DNA of 64,000 nucleotides, taken from assembly GCA_030148545.1 (NCBI GenBank), contig JASBTF010000002.1, positions 49,218 to 113,217 of the forward strand. Reading direction: 5' to 3'. Both the position numbers and the translations under genes were made by a program. Shown one piece after another: positions 20,982-30,674 of the stretch. The first letter of the stretch is position 1; each line of letters starts with the position of its first letter. The notes under the pieces are model-generated. The model was not told the DNA's origin. It made no database searches and saw nothing but the letters and a program-made list of their open reading frames with translations. Source of the DNA: Pseudomonadota bacterium (lineage in GTDB: Bacteria > Pseudomonadota > Alphaproteobacteria > UBA2136 > JASBTF01).

Positions 20982-21671
20982 ATGACCAAACCCACTATTT
21001 TGCTGGACCTTGATGGCACGCTGGTAGATACTGAGCGCCTTACCCTCCCCTCCATGTTGGAAAGTATTGAACACCACTACGGCATTAAAATGACCACTGA
21101 GGAATATATTAATAACTTTTTGGGTATTGCTGGTAGTGATATTCCGCGCCGTATTGGTGCCCACTATGGGGTGGAGATGGATGACCGCATTATCACCCAG
21201 CGTCCGCGCAAACCAATTGATATTCTGCGCGAGCATGGCGCTGCTCCCGTACCGCACATGACCGAGATTTTGCTAGAGTACGCTAACAACGGCTGCACAC
21301 TAGCTATTGTAAGCAATAGCGACGAACGGCAAATTGGTGCCGCAGTGGGCCACCTTAATCACCCTAACCGTTTTGATTTTATGGAAGCTATTGGGGGGCG
21401 TTATTTCTCCTGCTATAGCCGCCCTAAGCCCGACCCATTTGGTTACGAGAACGCTATGATGGCCGTTGGCGCCCTGCCGGAAGAAAGCGTTGCGGTGGAG
21501 GATAGCCCCGCCGGTGCAGCCGCAGCGGTGGAAGCTGGTATTGCTACCGTAGTTGGCTATGTTGGTGTGGCTCACCACCCGGACCGCCAGCGCGAGCAAT
21601 TGCTGCAAGCTGGTGTAAAAGCAGTGATGGATGACTGGCGCGAGTTTAAAGACATCGTCCCGCTTTCATGA
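20982..21671 (+). CDS. HAD-family hydrolase (phosphatase, DxDxT class)
   Basis: ILLDLDGTLVDTE motif I is 7 aa after the ATG at 20982, which has an aggtgg SD 10 nt upstream. The ORF-track start 20925 lies inside the hsp20 terminator. Confidence 0.75.
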   Translation: MTKPTILLDLDGTLVDTERLTLPSMLESIEHHYGIKMTTEEYINNFLGIAGSDIPRRIGAHYGVEMDDRIITQRPRKPIDILREHGAAPVPHMTEILLEYANNGCTLAIVSNSDERQIGAAVGHLNHPNRFDFMEAIGGRYFSCYSRPKPDPFGYENAMMAVGALPEESVAVEDSPAGAAAAVEAGIATVVGYVGVAHHPDRQREQLLQAGVKAVMDDWREFKDIVPLS

Positions 21672-22660
21672 CTCAGCTCGCTAGCCAGTATCAGCAGCAT
21701 ATTGAGGCTGGAGAAATTCAGCTAGACCCTGCTCAGCAGCAGGTTGTTGAGGCGCTGGACGCCTTACTTGCAGATCTGCAAGCTGAGCAAAATAGCAAAG
21801 GGTTGTACCTGTTTGGCCCTGTTGGGCGTGGTAAATCTATGTTGACCAACATGTTTTTTGCGGCGGTTACGGTGCCCAAGCGCCGCGTGCATTTTCATGC
21901 CTTTATGGAGGAGGTGCACCAGCGCTTGCACGAGGCGCCACGCGGCACCGATGTGATGGTGCATATTGCCGAATCCATTCGCCACGAGTGCCAGCTACTG
22001 CTGTTTGATGAGTTTTATGTGACCAACATTGCCGATGCCATGCTGCTAGGCCGCTTGTTTGAAAAATTGCTAAAAGCTGGCGTGGTTGTGGTCGCAACCA
22101 GCAATTGGCCGCCAGAGGATTTGTTCCAAGGTGGTATTAACCGTCACCAGTTCATGCCGTTTATTCAGTTGATTGAAAACCAGCTCAAAGTGGTGGAGTT
22201 AGATGGTGCTCATGACTGGCGCGCCCAGAATAACGACGGTTTACCATTAGTTATTGATGCGGCGCAGCCTAAAGCGTTTTCAGTGCTTTTTGAAGAATAT
22301 GCCAGCACTGACGCAAAAGAGTGCGAGCTACCTACTGATATTCCGTTCCAGAAGCACGTTGGTGGTGCGGTATGGTATGTGTTTGATGATTTGTGTGCCG
22401 CCGCAGTAGGGCGCGAGGATTACTTGCAGCTTACCCAAGCAGCAGACACTGTTTTTGTGGCAGATATCCCCAAAATGAATGCTAACGAAGCTGATGCCAC
22501 ACTACGTTTTATCACGCTGATTGATATTTTGTATGAGAACAAATGCCGGGTGGTGCTTTCTACCGCCTATCCTCTTACCGAGCTATGTGCTGAGGGCCCA
22601 GCTGCTTTCCCCTTCCAGCGCTGTGTGTCCCGCCTACTTGAAATGCAAGGTTGGGCATAG
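21668..22660 (+). CDS. zapE: ZapE/AFG1-family ATPase
   Basis: LYLFGPVGRGKSMLTNMFF Walker A, LLLFDEFYV Walker B. 330 aa. Confidence 0.85.
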   Translation: MTQLASQYQQHIEAGEIQLDPAQQQVVEALDALLADLQAEQNSKGLYLFGPVGRGKSMLTNMFFAAVTVPKRRVHFHAFMEEVHQRLHEAPRGTDVMVHIAESIRHECQLLLFDEFYVTNIADAMLLGRLFEKLLKAGVVVVATSNWPPEDLFQGGINRHQFMPFIQLIENQLKVVELDGAHDWRAQNNDGLPLVIDAAQPKAFSVLFEEYASTDAKECELPTDIPFQKHVGGAVWYVFDDLCAAAVGREDYLQLTQAADTVFVADIPKMNANEADATLRFITLIDILYENKCRVVLSTAYPLTELCAEGPAAFPFQRCVSRLLEMQGWA

Positions 22661-22746
22661 GCAGCAGTACACTTAAATACACTAAATTTACCTGCGCCAT
22701 TTAGTGGTTGGCAAGGTTGTAAATTGCCGTTAAAACAGCCTGAGTT

Positions 22747-22821
22747 GGACGATTAGCTCAGTGGTAGAGCACTACCTTGACATGGTAGGGGTCACTGGTT
22801 CAAACCCAGTATCGTCCACCA
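22747..22821 (+). tRNA. tRNA-Val (anticodon GAC)
   Basis: Manual cloverleaf fold. Acceptor GGACGAT/ATCGTCC, D-arm GCTC..GAGC, anticodon stem CTACC/GGTAG with loop TTGACAT, T-arm ACTGG-TTCAAAC-CCAGT. 3' CCA is encoded. Confidence 0.9.
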
Positions 22822-22879
22822 TTAATTTTTCTTGTTTAGTTCTTGAAAACTCTTTTTTAGAGCCTATATAGCCTTTATA

Positions 22880-22912
22880 AAACTGCGCTTAGCGCAGTAG
22901 TTCCGTTTTTTA
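22880..22912 (+). terminator. Terminator downstream of tRNA-Val
   Basis: actgcgc-ttag-gcgcagt followed by agttccgtttttt. Confidence 0.7.
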
Positions 22913-22931
22913 TTATTGAAGGAATGTTCTA

Positions 22932-23780
22932 ATGCAGGAATATTTGAAAAATTTGAACGAGGCCAAAGAGCTGGTCTCCCAAATTGAAGCTATGCAAGGT
23001 CGCATTGGTGAATCAGCTGAAATAGCTGATGCCGTGGCTGAAAACTGCCGAACAGTGATACACATGTTGCGTCGCAAGGTTGATGAAAGTCAGCTAAACA
23101 TGAGCCGTGAGCAGCTCAGCCGCTTACAAGTGGACTGTTTGCGCCAAGGCGGTTGTGCTGACTATTACGCTGAGTTGTTTAAATTTTGGCGGGAATCAGT
23201 TGAGCGTATTCGTTCGGGAGCTATTCCTGAGCCACAATACCAGTTGCGTAGGCTTGAAGACATTGGGATGGAATCTTATGAGCGTGGTGTGGAAAACCTT
23301 TTCTACGCTGCCGGTGTAACGCCTGATGAGTGGCGCCAGCTCCAGTTACCAGGTATGAAACAGCAGGCAATTGAAAAAGTGCAATACCTTGCTGCTGGTG
23401 GCGTTTTGGAGGCACAGCACATGCTGCATATTGCTGAGGGTATTCTGTTGGATGAAGGTGTTCGTCTTGAAGATTTAGGCGTTGACTTGGAAATGTTACG
23501 CCTGGCTCGTGTACAGGACTGCCGTTGCCGGTTGGTGGAGCTTTATCGTTATTTGCGGGAAAGTGCTGAATGGCATGCAGAACATTGGCCTGGCATGGTA
23601 GAGCATTGGCTAATGAGCTTTGATGCGGTTTACTACCGCGCCTTGGAGCTTGAGCCAACGTTTTCGCTGGGTTCAATCGCGAATGATGGTGTGCCAGTCA
23701 TTGACCAGACGGTGCTGGAAAAAGCGTATGAAAAGACTCGGCGTACCACCGCACACCAGTTCAACTTACGTCTCTTGTAG
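22932..23780 (+). CDS. Hypothetical cytoplasmic protein (282 aa)
   Basis: Clean ORF with a ggaatg SD region. No motif recognised. Has its own downstream terminator. Confidence 0.6.
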   Translation: MQEYLKNLNEAKELVSQIEAMQGRIGESAEIADAVAENCRTVIHMLRRKVDESQLNMSREQLSRLQVDCLRQGGCADYYAELFKFWRESVERIRSGAIPEPQYQLRRLEDIGMESYERGVENLFYAAGVTPDEWRQLQLPGMKQQAIEKVQYLAAGGVLEAQHMLHIAEGILLDEGVRLEDLGVDLEMLRLARVQDCRCRLVELYRYLRESAEWHAEHWPGMVEHWLMSFDAVYYRALELEPTFSLGSIANDGVPVIDQTVLEKAYEKTRRTTAHQFNLRLL

Positions 23781-23797
23781 TGAGGATTACCTATTTT

Positions 23798-23826
23798 CAA
23801 ACCCCCGCCTAGCGCGGGGGTTTGTT
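23798..23826 (+). terminator. Rho-independent terminator
   Basis: aaacccccgc-ctag-gcgggggttt followed by gtt. Confidence 0.75.
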
Positions 23827-24060
23827 ATGTTAAATACACCCCCCCAAAACATAGGTATACATATTTTGGGTATTTTGAACGTTTCACAGTTTGTGGTGTT
23901 TGGGTGTATTAGGTGTTTACACAAAAACAACGACTTAAAAGTAAGTGAGTATTTACACTTGTTGGTGTGTAAGGGTTTTTGAATGTGCCCCTAAAAATGT
24001 GAAACACCCCATAAAGGGGTGTTATCCACAGATTGTTATGTAAACCCTATTCAGGGCGTA

Positions 24061-24558
24061 TTATTTAGCATTTCGGCACTTGGCGATGATGTCGGTGGTT
24101 GATGCTGTGCCATCTGGACGTGGCATGATGTGAATCTCACCACCCAGTTTGTGTACAGTTGGTGTCTCCGGAAGTGTCTCCACGGTGTAGTCACCACCTT
24201 TGATATACACATCGGGTTTTACAATCTCAATGAGGTGGTCTGCTGTATCCAAATTTTCCTCAAATGGCAGCACAACATCCACACTGTGCATCTCTGCTAG
24301 AATGATCATACGCTCTTCCAGTGGGATAATTGGGCGGCTGTCATTCTTGTTGCGCTTGGCGGAAGAATCGCTATTTACGCCAACAAAAAGCACATCGCAA
24401 ACACCTTTGGCGCGTTGTAAAGCATCCACATGGCCGGAGTGTAGCATGTCGAACAAACCGTTGGTGAAACCCACTTTTAAGCCGTTTTGGCGGCATTCTT
24501 CGGCGTATTTACCTGCGTCTTCACGGCTAACAACGCCGCGACGTGTATTTGAACTCAT
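24061..24558 (-). CDS. hldC: D-glycero-beta-D-manno-heptose-1-phosphate adenylyltransferase (stand-alone RfaE/HldE domain II, HldC-like cytidylyltransferase fold)
   Basis: VGFTNGLFDMLHSGHVDAL (the HxGH nucleotidyltransferase motif), VGVNSDSS, KGGDY and GTASTTDII all match HldE domain II. Confidence 0.7.
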   Translation of the reverse strand: MSSNTRRGVVSREDAGKYAEECRQNGLKVGFTNGLFDMLHSGHVDALQRAKGVCDVLFVGVNSDSSAKRNKNDSRPIIPLEERMIILAEMHSVDVVLPFEENLDTADHLIEIVKPDVYIKGGDYTVETLPETPTVHKLGGEIHIMPRPDGTASTTDIIAKCRNAK

Positions 24559-24573
24559 ATAACTCGATTTCCT

Positions 24574-25218
24574 TTAGTTGTTGTCCATTGGTTGAGGGTT
24601 GGGCGCCTCACGCTCTACAGCGTCACCTAACATGCTTTTAGGGGTCGCTACAGAAACCTGAATATAATCGTGTACTTGCTTCACACCTTTCACGGTGCGG
24701 GCCACGTGCAGGGCACGGGCTTTTTCTTCTTCAGTTTGTGCTAGGCCGGTCATATAAACATGCCCAAGCACTACATCCACCATGTAGTTTACTGAGTAAA
24801 CACCATCTGCAGTGAGCAGTTTGGTGCGTAATTGTGTGGCAATAGCGGCGTCTTGTGCGCCTTCTTTAAGGTCGCCTTTGCTACCCACCATAAGCTCGTT
24901 ATACACAACCGTTACACCAGGGGTGCTTTTGGCAATGTTATTCACGCGCTCAGCATCAGTTTCAGATGTTGTCACACCAGTGAGCAATACGTGTTTGTTC
25001 AACACAGTAACACCAATATCAGTAATAAAGTGGTAGTTGGCACTAGCCAAACGGTCGCGAATGTGGGTGGTGATTTTGCTGTCCTCAAGCGCTTGCTGAG
25101 CACCGCGTTCCTGCACCGTAAAGTAACCAGCAGTAGCTGCGGCACCAATAACAATACCAGCGCAGCCGCTTAGTAGCGGAGCGCTTGCCAAAAGAAGAAA
25201 TAAGGATGTTTTACGCAT
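24574..25218 (-). CDS. BON-domain outer-membrane lipoprotein (DolP/YraP / OsmY-like)
   Basis: Lipobox LLSGCAG. Two BON-like repeats (...GVTVVYNELMV... / ...VKQVHDYIQV...). Confidence 0.75.
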   Translation of the reverse strand: MRKTSLFLLLASAPLLSGCAGIVIGAAATAGYFTVQERGAQQALEDSKITTHIRDRLASANYHFITDIGVTVLNKHVLLTGVTTSETDAERVNNIAKSTPGVTVVYNELMVGSKGDLKEGAQDAAIATQLRTKLLTADGVYSVNYMVDVVLGHVYMTGLAQTEEEKARALHVARTVKGVKQVHDYIQVSVATPKSMLGDAVEREAPNPQPMDNN

Positions 25219-25239
25219 GGCGTTACACTAGCAAAGGGG

Positions 25240-25614
25240 TTAACCCTCGTCTAGCGCCAACGCGTTTTGATGATGTTCAATAAAGGGAAAATGTGGGTAA
25301 ACCAGCAGCAAATCACCGCGAATGGTAAGTTCGGGATAACGGCTGCGCAAGCGCTGGGCTTGGTGTTTTAGGCGCTGAGCTTGGTCGGGGCGTAGTGCGT
25401 TGTGCGCCAGTAATTGCTCGCGCCGGAACTTAACTTCCACCAGTACAAGGGTGTTTTTTTTCCAGACCAAAATGTCAACTTCTGCACTGCTGCCGCGCCA
25501 GTTACGTGCCAAGGGGCGGTAACCTTTAAAGAGCAGTGCCAGCAAGGCAAATTGCTCTCCCCACCAGCCATGGCGCGCTGCGGTGTTGGCAAAGTGCTTC
25601 ATTATTTTGTGCAT
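25240..25614 (-). CDS. yraN: YraN-family (UPF0102) predicted endonuclease. The start is ambiguous (ATG at 25614 or 25602).
   Basis: ALLFKGYRPLARNWR...AEVDILVW...LVLVEVKFR matches the YraN core. Divergent and adjacent to the lpoA-like gene, as in enterobacterial lpoA-yraN. Confidence 0.65.
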   Translation of the reverse strand: MHKIMKHFANTAARHGWWGEQFALLALLFKGYRPLARNWRGSSAEVDILVWKKNTLVLVEVKFRREQLLAHNALRPDQAQRLKHQAQRLRSRYPELTIRGDLLLVYPHFPFIEHHQNALALDEG

Positions 25615-25635
25615 ATGCCCTAAGCTGCGGCACAA

Positions 25636-27447
25636 ATGTTCACGAAACAAGCTCTTGTTGGTTTTTTATTGCTATGGGTGCTGCAAGCACAGGCGCAAGA
25701 GCGCAGTTTGATAGACTGGCAAAGTGCCCAACAGCAAACACAAGAGCCTGATATGGCGGCGTGGGATCTCCCAGCAGTGGAGGTTGCTGAGGAGGTAAGC
25801 GAAAGTTTGGCCACGCTGACTGAGCAAGAACTCACTAGTCGCGTTAATGAAGCCGCCCAGTATGGTAATTGGCCATACTTGGAGCACGCTGCCGACCAAT
25901 TTAGCGCTCGTGAACAAATGGAAAAGGCCGCATTATTACGTGCTGCAGCGGCATTGCAGAAAGGTCAGCCACAGGCGGTGAGCCAGTATTTAGCCATAGT
26001 AACTAACCGTGATTTAGAGCAACAAAAACAGCAAATTTTACAGCAAAGCCAGCTAACTCAGGCTGCTTTAAACCTAGAGCTAGGTAAGCCAGGCAATGCG
26101 CATAGCGCGTTAGAGCATGCCTATGTGGCAGATGGTAGCTTGTATAAAGATCAGGAATTTAAACGCTTGGCACGCCAACTAAATTGGGCAGGTACACCAA
26201 GCCAAACGGTGCCGGTGTTGCGTGTGGGGCTGTTGTTGCCACTTTCAGGTCAGTTTTCTGCAGTAGGTAAGCAGTTGTTGCAGTCAGCACAAATGGCTGT
26301 TTTTGAGGCTAAAAACGCACAAATTATGCTCTACCCAGAGGATACGGGTAGCACGCCTGCACAGGCGCGGGTGGCATTTGAAAAGCTATTGCGCTTGGGG
26401 GTAGATGTCGCCATTGGCCCGCTTACCAAAGGCTCTACAGAAGCGGTGGCGCCGCTGGCGCGTGGTGCGCGACTGCCGTTGCTGGCGCTTACTACCGACC
26501 AAAATGCCGCCAAGCCAGGTATTTACACCATTAACCACCTGCCAGAACAGCAGGTGAAGTCGTTATTGTTGGCGGCTGTAGCGCAAAGCCGTACCGCCAT
26601 TGCAGCGCTTATTCCAAACGATGCTTATGGCCAGCATACGCAGCAAGCATTGCTAAAATATGCCGCCGATATGGGTATTACCGTGAGCCAAATTGTGCCG
26701 TTTGATACCGACAAAAACGACCTAAAAGCCGAGCTAGATATGCTGCTTAATTTGGCTGAGGCGCGCCAAAATTTAAAAGATGAACTGGCGTACTTAGAAA
26801 GCGAATACGAGATTTTAGCCAGCGCCATGAGCGATGTTTCTCTCACCCGTCTAAAAGAGCTTCGTCAAGGGGTAACACCAAGTGCAGCTGCGGAATTTAG
26901 CGGATTATTTATGCCTGTTACGGCGGAGCAAGCCACATTGGTGGCCTCTCAGTTGGCGTTTTATGATGTAGACCAGCAAGATATTTGGTTGATGGGCACC
27001 AGCCGTTGGGATGCGCCAGAACTGCGCCAAAAACGCCCTTCTAGCTTGCGTCATGGTGTGTTGAGCGCCCACCCAACAACACGTTGGAACGACTACCGCA
27101 GCCAGTTTAATAACGTATATGGTGCGGCGCCATTGCCTATAGCCGCCGTGGTTTACGATGCTATTCATTGGCTGGCTGAGGCAAATACTGAGCAAGCTTA
27201 TCACCGTGTGCCATTGGTGCGCAGCCTCACACGCCTGCGTGGCCATGCGGGTGTAGCTGGGCCTATTCGCATTCATGAAGATGGCTCTGCCGAGCGTTGG
27301 TACCCCGTGCAGCCGTTGCGTTATTACAGTGCGCCGTTGGTACGTGCCCCTGTTTTGCCACCAGTGCCATTGCCTAATCCGCTGTTGCCAGAATTTGCGC
27401 CGGCGCCATCATCGCCACGCTATTACATGCCGTGGTGGAATAATTAA
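25636..27447 (+). CDS. lpoA: LpoA-like protein. It has an N-terminal helical/TPR-like region plus a LivJ-type periplasmic-binding fold and is a putative penicillin-binding-protein activator. No lipobox.
   Basis: Signal peptide, then the PBP type-1 fold signature VGLLLPLSGQFSAVGKQLLQSAQMAV. 603 aa. Neighbourhood includes yraN and a BON lipoprotein. Confidence 0.5.
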   Translation: MFTKQALVGFLLLWVLQAQAQERSLIDWQSAQQQTQEPDMAAWDLPAVEVAEEVSESLATLTEQELTSRVNEAAQYGNWPYLEHAADQFSAREQMEKAALLRAAAALQKGQPQAVSQYLAIVTNRDLEQQKQQILQQSQLTQAALNLELGKPGNAHSALEHAYVADGSLYKDQEFKRLARQLNWAGTPSQTVPVLRVGLLLPLSGQFSAVGKQLLQSAQMAVFEAKNAQIMLYPEDTGSTPAQARVAFEKLLRLGVDVAIGPLTKGSTEAVAPLARGARLPLLALTTDQNAAKPGIYTINHLPEQQVKSLLLAAVAQSRTAIAALIPNDAYGQHTQQALLKYAADMGITVSQIVPFDTDKNDLKAELDMLLNLAEARQNLKDELAYLESEYEILASAMSDVSLTRLKELRQGVTPSAAAEFSGLFMPVTAEQATLVASQLAFYDVDQQDIWLMGTSRWDAPELRQKRPSSLRHGVLSAHPTTRWNDYRSQFNNVYGAAPLPIAAVVYDAIHWLAEANTEQAYHRVPLVRSLTRLRGHAGVAGPIRIHEDGSAERWYPVQPLRYYSAPLVRAPVLPPVPLPNPLLPEFAPAPSSPRYYMPWWNN

Positions 27448-27494
27448 ACGAGTTTGATGTGAATAGCGTTTTGGTGAAGCGTTCGCCAAGGTCG

Positions 27495-28670
27495 TTAGGC
27501 GTTATAATCTTCTAAAATTTCGGGAAGGATGCTCTCAAGGAGTGGCCAGCCGCTCTCGCTTAATTTAACGCGATTTGAATCGCTTTGTATGAGTTTGAGG
27601 TGCATTAGTCGTTTTAACCTATTCTCATTAATAATATTGCTATTTGTAAACCCTGATTCATCAGCTGAATCGTGCGGTTTTAGCGACACTCCTTCGGCTA
27701 ATCGTAAACCCAACATCCAGTGCTCTAGTTCCTGTGTGTGGCTATCTAGTTGATTTTCCTCAAAGTGGAAAATTCCTGCCGTTGCTTTATCAATATAGGT
27801 AGCAGGCTGTTTGTAGCATCTGGTGGCGATTTTACCACTGTCAACTCCTGAATACCTGCCATGTGCACCAGCGCCAAGGCCGAGGTAGTCACCATATCGC
27901 CACACGTGCACATTGTGCTTACAGGCATATCCTGTTTTGGCAAAATTACTAATTTCGTAATTTTTAAACTGATGCGTTTTTAGTTCTTTTCGCGTTGCAT
28001 CAAAAAAGTCGGCTTCGGTGTCGCCATCTACCGGTTGCCACTGGCCTTTGCGCACTTGGCCAAAAAAAGCGGTGCCGGGTTCAATGGTCAGTTGGTAGGC
28101 GCTAATGTGTGTGGTGCCTAGGGCTACAGCCGTGGCTAAGTCTTCCTGCCATTGCGCTAAACTTTGGTTTGGTAGCCCATAAATAAGGTCCAAGTTTACA
28201 TTGCCAACAGCATCAATCGCTTCTTTAACCACGTCCAGCGCTTCATCTGCACTGTGTTCACGCCCTAAAAATACCAAATGTTCATCATGTAAGTTTTGCA
28301 CTCCGACCGAAAAACGATTTACCCCCGCCGCGGCAAAAGCTTGGAATTTAGCCGCTTCACTGCTGGTTGGGTTGGCTTCTAGCGTGATTTCACAATCGTC
28401 AGCCAGCGTGTAATGCGTACCAATTTCTTCAATGAGTTCGGTAACAATAGCAGGTGGCATCAAGCTTGGTGTACCGCCACCAAAAAAGATACTCACAATC
28501 TCGCGCTGGCCAGTTTGTGTACGTTCATGCGCCAATTGCTGCTTAAGCGCATCAACATAAGCGCGCACTGGCGCGTCATCAGTCACATGGCTATTAAAAT
28601 CGCAATAAGGGCACTTTTTTAAACACCATGGCCAGTGTATGTACACTGCTAGTTGTTTAGGGTTTTGCAC
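27495..28670 (-). CDS. hemW: Radical-SAM heme chaperone HemW (HemN-like, oxygen-independent coproporphyrinogen oxidase family)
   Basis: CLKKCPYCDF radical-SAM CxxxCxxC at the N-terminus. 391 aa. Adjacent to rdgB as in E. coli yggW-rdgB. Confidence 0.85.
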   Translation of the reverse strand: MQNPKQLAVYIHWPWCLKKCPYCDFNSHVTDDAPVRAYVDALKQQLAHERTQTGQREIVSIFFGGGTPSLMPPAIVTELIEEIGTHYTLADDCEITLEANPTSSEAAKFQAFAAAGVNRFSVGVQNLHDEHLVFLGREHSADEALDVVKEAIDAVGNVNLDLIYGLPNQSLAQWQEDLATAVALGTTHISAYQLTIEPGTAFFGQVRKGQWQPVDGDTEADFFDATRKELKTHQFKNYEISNFAKTGYACKHNVHVWRYGDYLGLGAGAHGRYSGVDSGKIATRCYKQPATYIDKATAGIFHFEENQLDSHTQELEHWMLGLRLAEGVSLKPHDSADESGFTNSNIINENRLKRLMHLKLIQSDSNRVKLSESGWPLLESILPEILEDYNA

Positions 28671-29224
28671 TATTTAAGCGCTTCAACCAGTTTGGCAATG
28701 GCGCGGCTGCGGTGGCTAAGCGTTTTCTTTTGCTCAGGGTCTTCAGCAAAGCTGTGAGTGCCGCCAGTAGGCAGAAAAACAGGGTCATAGCCAAAGCCGC
28801 CTTCACCGCGTGCTTCGTTGAGAATAAACCCATCAACATAGCCATCAAAAAACTGAGTTTTAGCGTTTGGTTCCGCAAGTGCTAATACGCACACAAAACG
28901 TGCGCCACGTGCGCCAAAAGCAGTGTCTTTTAGTTTTGTTAACAGTTTTTCATAACCACCATAATTAGCAGTATCCACACCGGGTTCGCCATTTAGTGCG
29001 TCTACGCACAGACCACTGTCGTCAGCCAGTGCTGGTTTGCCAGTGTGTGCGGCAATAGCTTCAGCTTTTAAGGTGGCGTTTTCAATAAAGGTTTGGCCGG
29101 TTTCAGCCACTTCTGGCAGGTCTACATCGTGGTGCGTTAGTACCGTGATTCCCAACGGCGCCAATTGTTCTTTCAGCTCTGTTATTTTGCCATCGTTATG
29201 CGTGGCGAGTACAAGTTCTTGCAT
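28670..29224 (-). CDS. rdgB: dITP/XTP pyrophosphatase RdgB (Ham1 family)
   Basis: LATHNDGKITE...FGYDPVF motifs. 184 aa. Confidence 0.9.
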   Translation of the reverse strand: MQELVLATHNDGKITELKEQLAPLGITVLTHHDVDLPEVAETGQTFIENATLKAEAIAAHTGKPALADDSGLCVDALNGEPGVDTANYGGYEKLLTKLKDTAFGARGARFVCVLALAEPNAKTQFFDGYVDGFILNEARGEGGFGYDPVFLPTGGTHSFAEDPEQKKTLSHRSRAIAKLVEALK

Positions 29225-29230
29225 CGTAAC

Positions 29231-29995
29231 TTACCCTTGTTGAATCGCTGTATTTTGTGCTTGTACCACCGCTTCAATCCCTTGGCGTGCAAGGTTGTGT
29301 AGTGTTTTAAACTGTGCATCGCTAATCGGGCGTTGTTCAGCTGTGCATTGTACTTCAATCAGGCTCAGCTCGCTGGTCATCACAAAGTTAGCATCAGCAA
29401 TGGCGTTGCTATCTTCAGCATAATCCAAATCCAGTAGCGCGGTATCGGTACCATCAATCCCACAGGAAATCGCCGCAACCTGGTTGTTTAGCGGTAGTAG
29501 TTCTAGCTTACGTTCCTGGAACAGCTTTTGAATTGCCAAATGCAGTGCCACATAAGCCCCGCTAATAGCAGCAGTACGGGTGCCACCATCGGCTTGAATC
29601 ACATCACAGTCCAGCCAAATGGTGCGTTCACCAAGGGCGTTTAGGTCAACCACGCTGCGTAGCGAACGCCCAATCAGGCGGGAAATTTCCACGCTACGGC
29701 TGCTTTGTTTACCTTTAGCTGCCTCACGGTCCATACGGGTGTGGGTGGAACGTGGCAGCATGCCGTATTCCGCAGTAACCCAGCCTTGTTTGCTTTTGCT
29801 TTTTTGGTTTTGGTGGCGCAACCATGGTGGCACTTTTTCGTCCACGCTGGCTGTGCACAGCACGTGGGTTTGGCCAAATTTGGCCAGGCAACTGCCTTCC
29901 GCATAGGGGTTTACATTGGTTTCAAAGCTGACCGAACGTAGCTGAAATGGCGCACGCCCTTCACTACGGCTATTTTTTACAGCGGGATTATTCAT
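29231..29995 (-). CDS. rph: Ribonuclease PH
   Basis: Strong match to Rph: [38 protein letters not shown]...[17 protein letters not shown]. Confidence 0.93.
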   Translation of the reverse strand: MNNPAVKNSRSEGRAPFQLRSVSFETNVNPYAEGSCLAKFGQTHVLCTASVDEKVPPWLRHQNQKSKSKQGWVTAEYGMLPRSTHTRMDREAAKGKQSSRSVEISRLIGRSLRSVVDLNALGERTIWLDCDVIQADGGTRTAAISGAYVALHLAIQKLFQERKLELLPLNNQVAAISCGIDGTDTALLDLDYAEDSNAIADANFVMTSELSLIEVQCTAEQRPISDAQFKTLHNLARQGIEAVVQAQNTAIQQG

Positions 29996-29996
29996 G

Positions 29997-30479
29997 TTAA
30001 GCGGCTTTCTCGGCTGATTGTGTAATCCAGCTCAGCACATCATCGTGGTGAGTTTTTGTCTTCACTTTTGGCATGACGTGAGCAACGTTACCTTGTGGGT
30101 CAATAATCAACGTCATGCGCACCATACCCATGTATTTTTTGCCGTACATGCTCTTCTCCTGCCAGGCGCCATAGGCATTAGCAGCTTCTTGCTCAGTGTC
30201 GGCTAGCAGGGTGAAGTTCAGGCTCTCTTTAGCCTCAAACTTTTTCAGGCTAGCCGGTTTGTCTGGGCTTACGCCAAGCACCACAATGTTGTTGGCCTCT
30301 AGCTCGCTTTGGCTATCACGCAGGCTGCAGGCTTGCACAGTGCAACCTGGGGTCATTGCGCGTGGGTAAAAGTACAGCACAACCCAGCTGCCTTTGTGCT
30401 GGCTCAGGCTTACCTGTTCTTCATTTTGGTTGAGCAAAGTAAAGTCTGGCGCGGCTTGGCCAACGGTTGGTAACGTCAT
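29997..30479 (-). CDS. bcp: Peroxiredoxin Bcp (thiol peroxidase, AhpC/TSA family). Start taken at the internal ATG at 30479.
   Basis: [13 protein letters not shown]...[16 protein letters not shown] carries the peroxidatic Cys in the TPGCT motif. The 194-aa ORF-track N-terminal extension is non-conserved. Confidence 0.85.
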   Translation of the reverse strand: MTLPTVGQAAPDFTLLNQNEEQVSLSQHKGSWVVLYFYPRAMTPGCTVQACSLRDSQSELEANNIVVLGVSPDKPASLKKFEAKESLNFTLLADTEQEAANAYGAWQEKSMYGKKYMGMVRMTLIIDPQGNVAHVMPKVKTKTHHDDVLSWITQSAEKAA

Positions 30480-30674
30480 TTTTGTAGTCCCTAAATTAAA
30501 TTCATGTAGTAGCTGAAACATAACGAAGCTGCCAATTTGTGGCAACTTTTTCAAATATTCGGCAATTGTTAGTAAGCGCATACTTACATATTTTGTTGTT
30601 GTTATATTTCCTAGCGTGACAAAACGCTGCGTAGCCGTTACATTACGCGATATTTTAATTCAGAGGAAGTGAAG

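Noticed and set aside
20361-21257. 298-aa minus-strand ORF
   Set aside because: It lies antisense across the well-supported hsp20 gene, its terminator and the start of the HAD hydrolase. It has no SD and no motif. Artefact of an open antisense frame.
29997-30581. 194-aa Bcp with an N-terminal extension as in the ORF track
   Set aside because: Conserved Bcp sequence begins at the internal Met (30479), which has its own SD. The extension is not Bcp-like.
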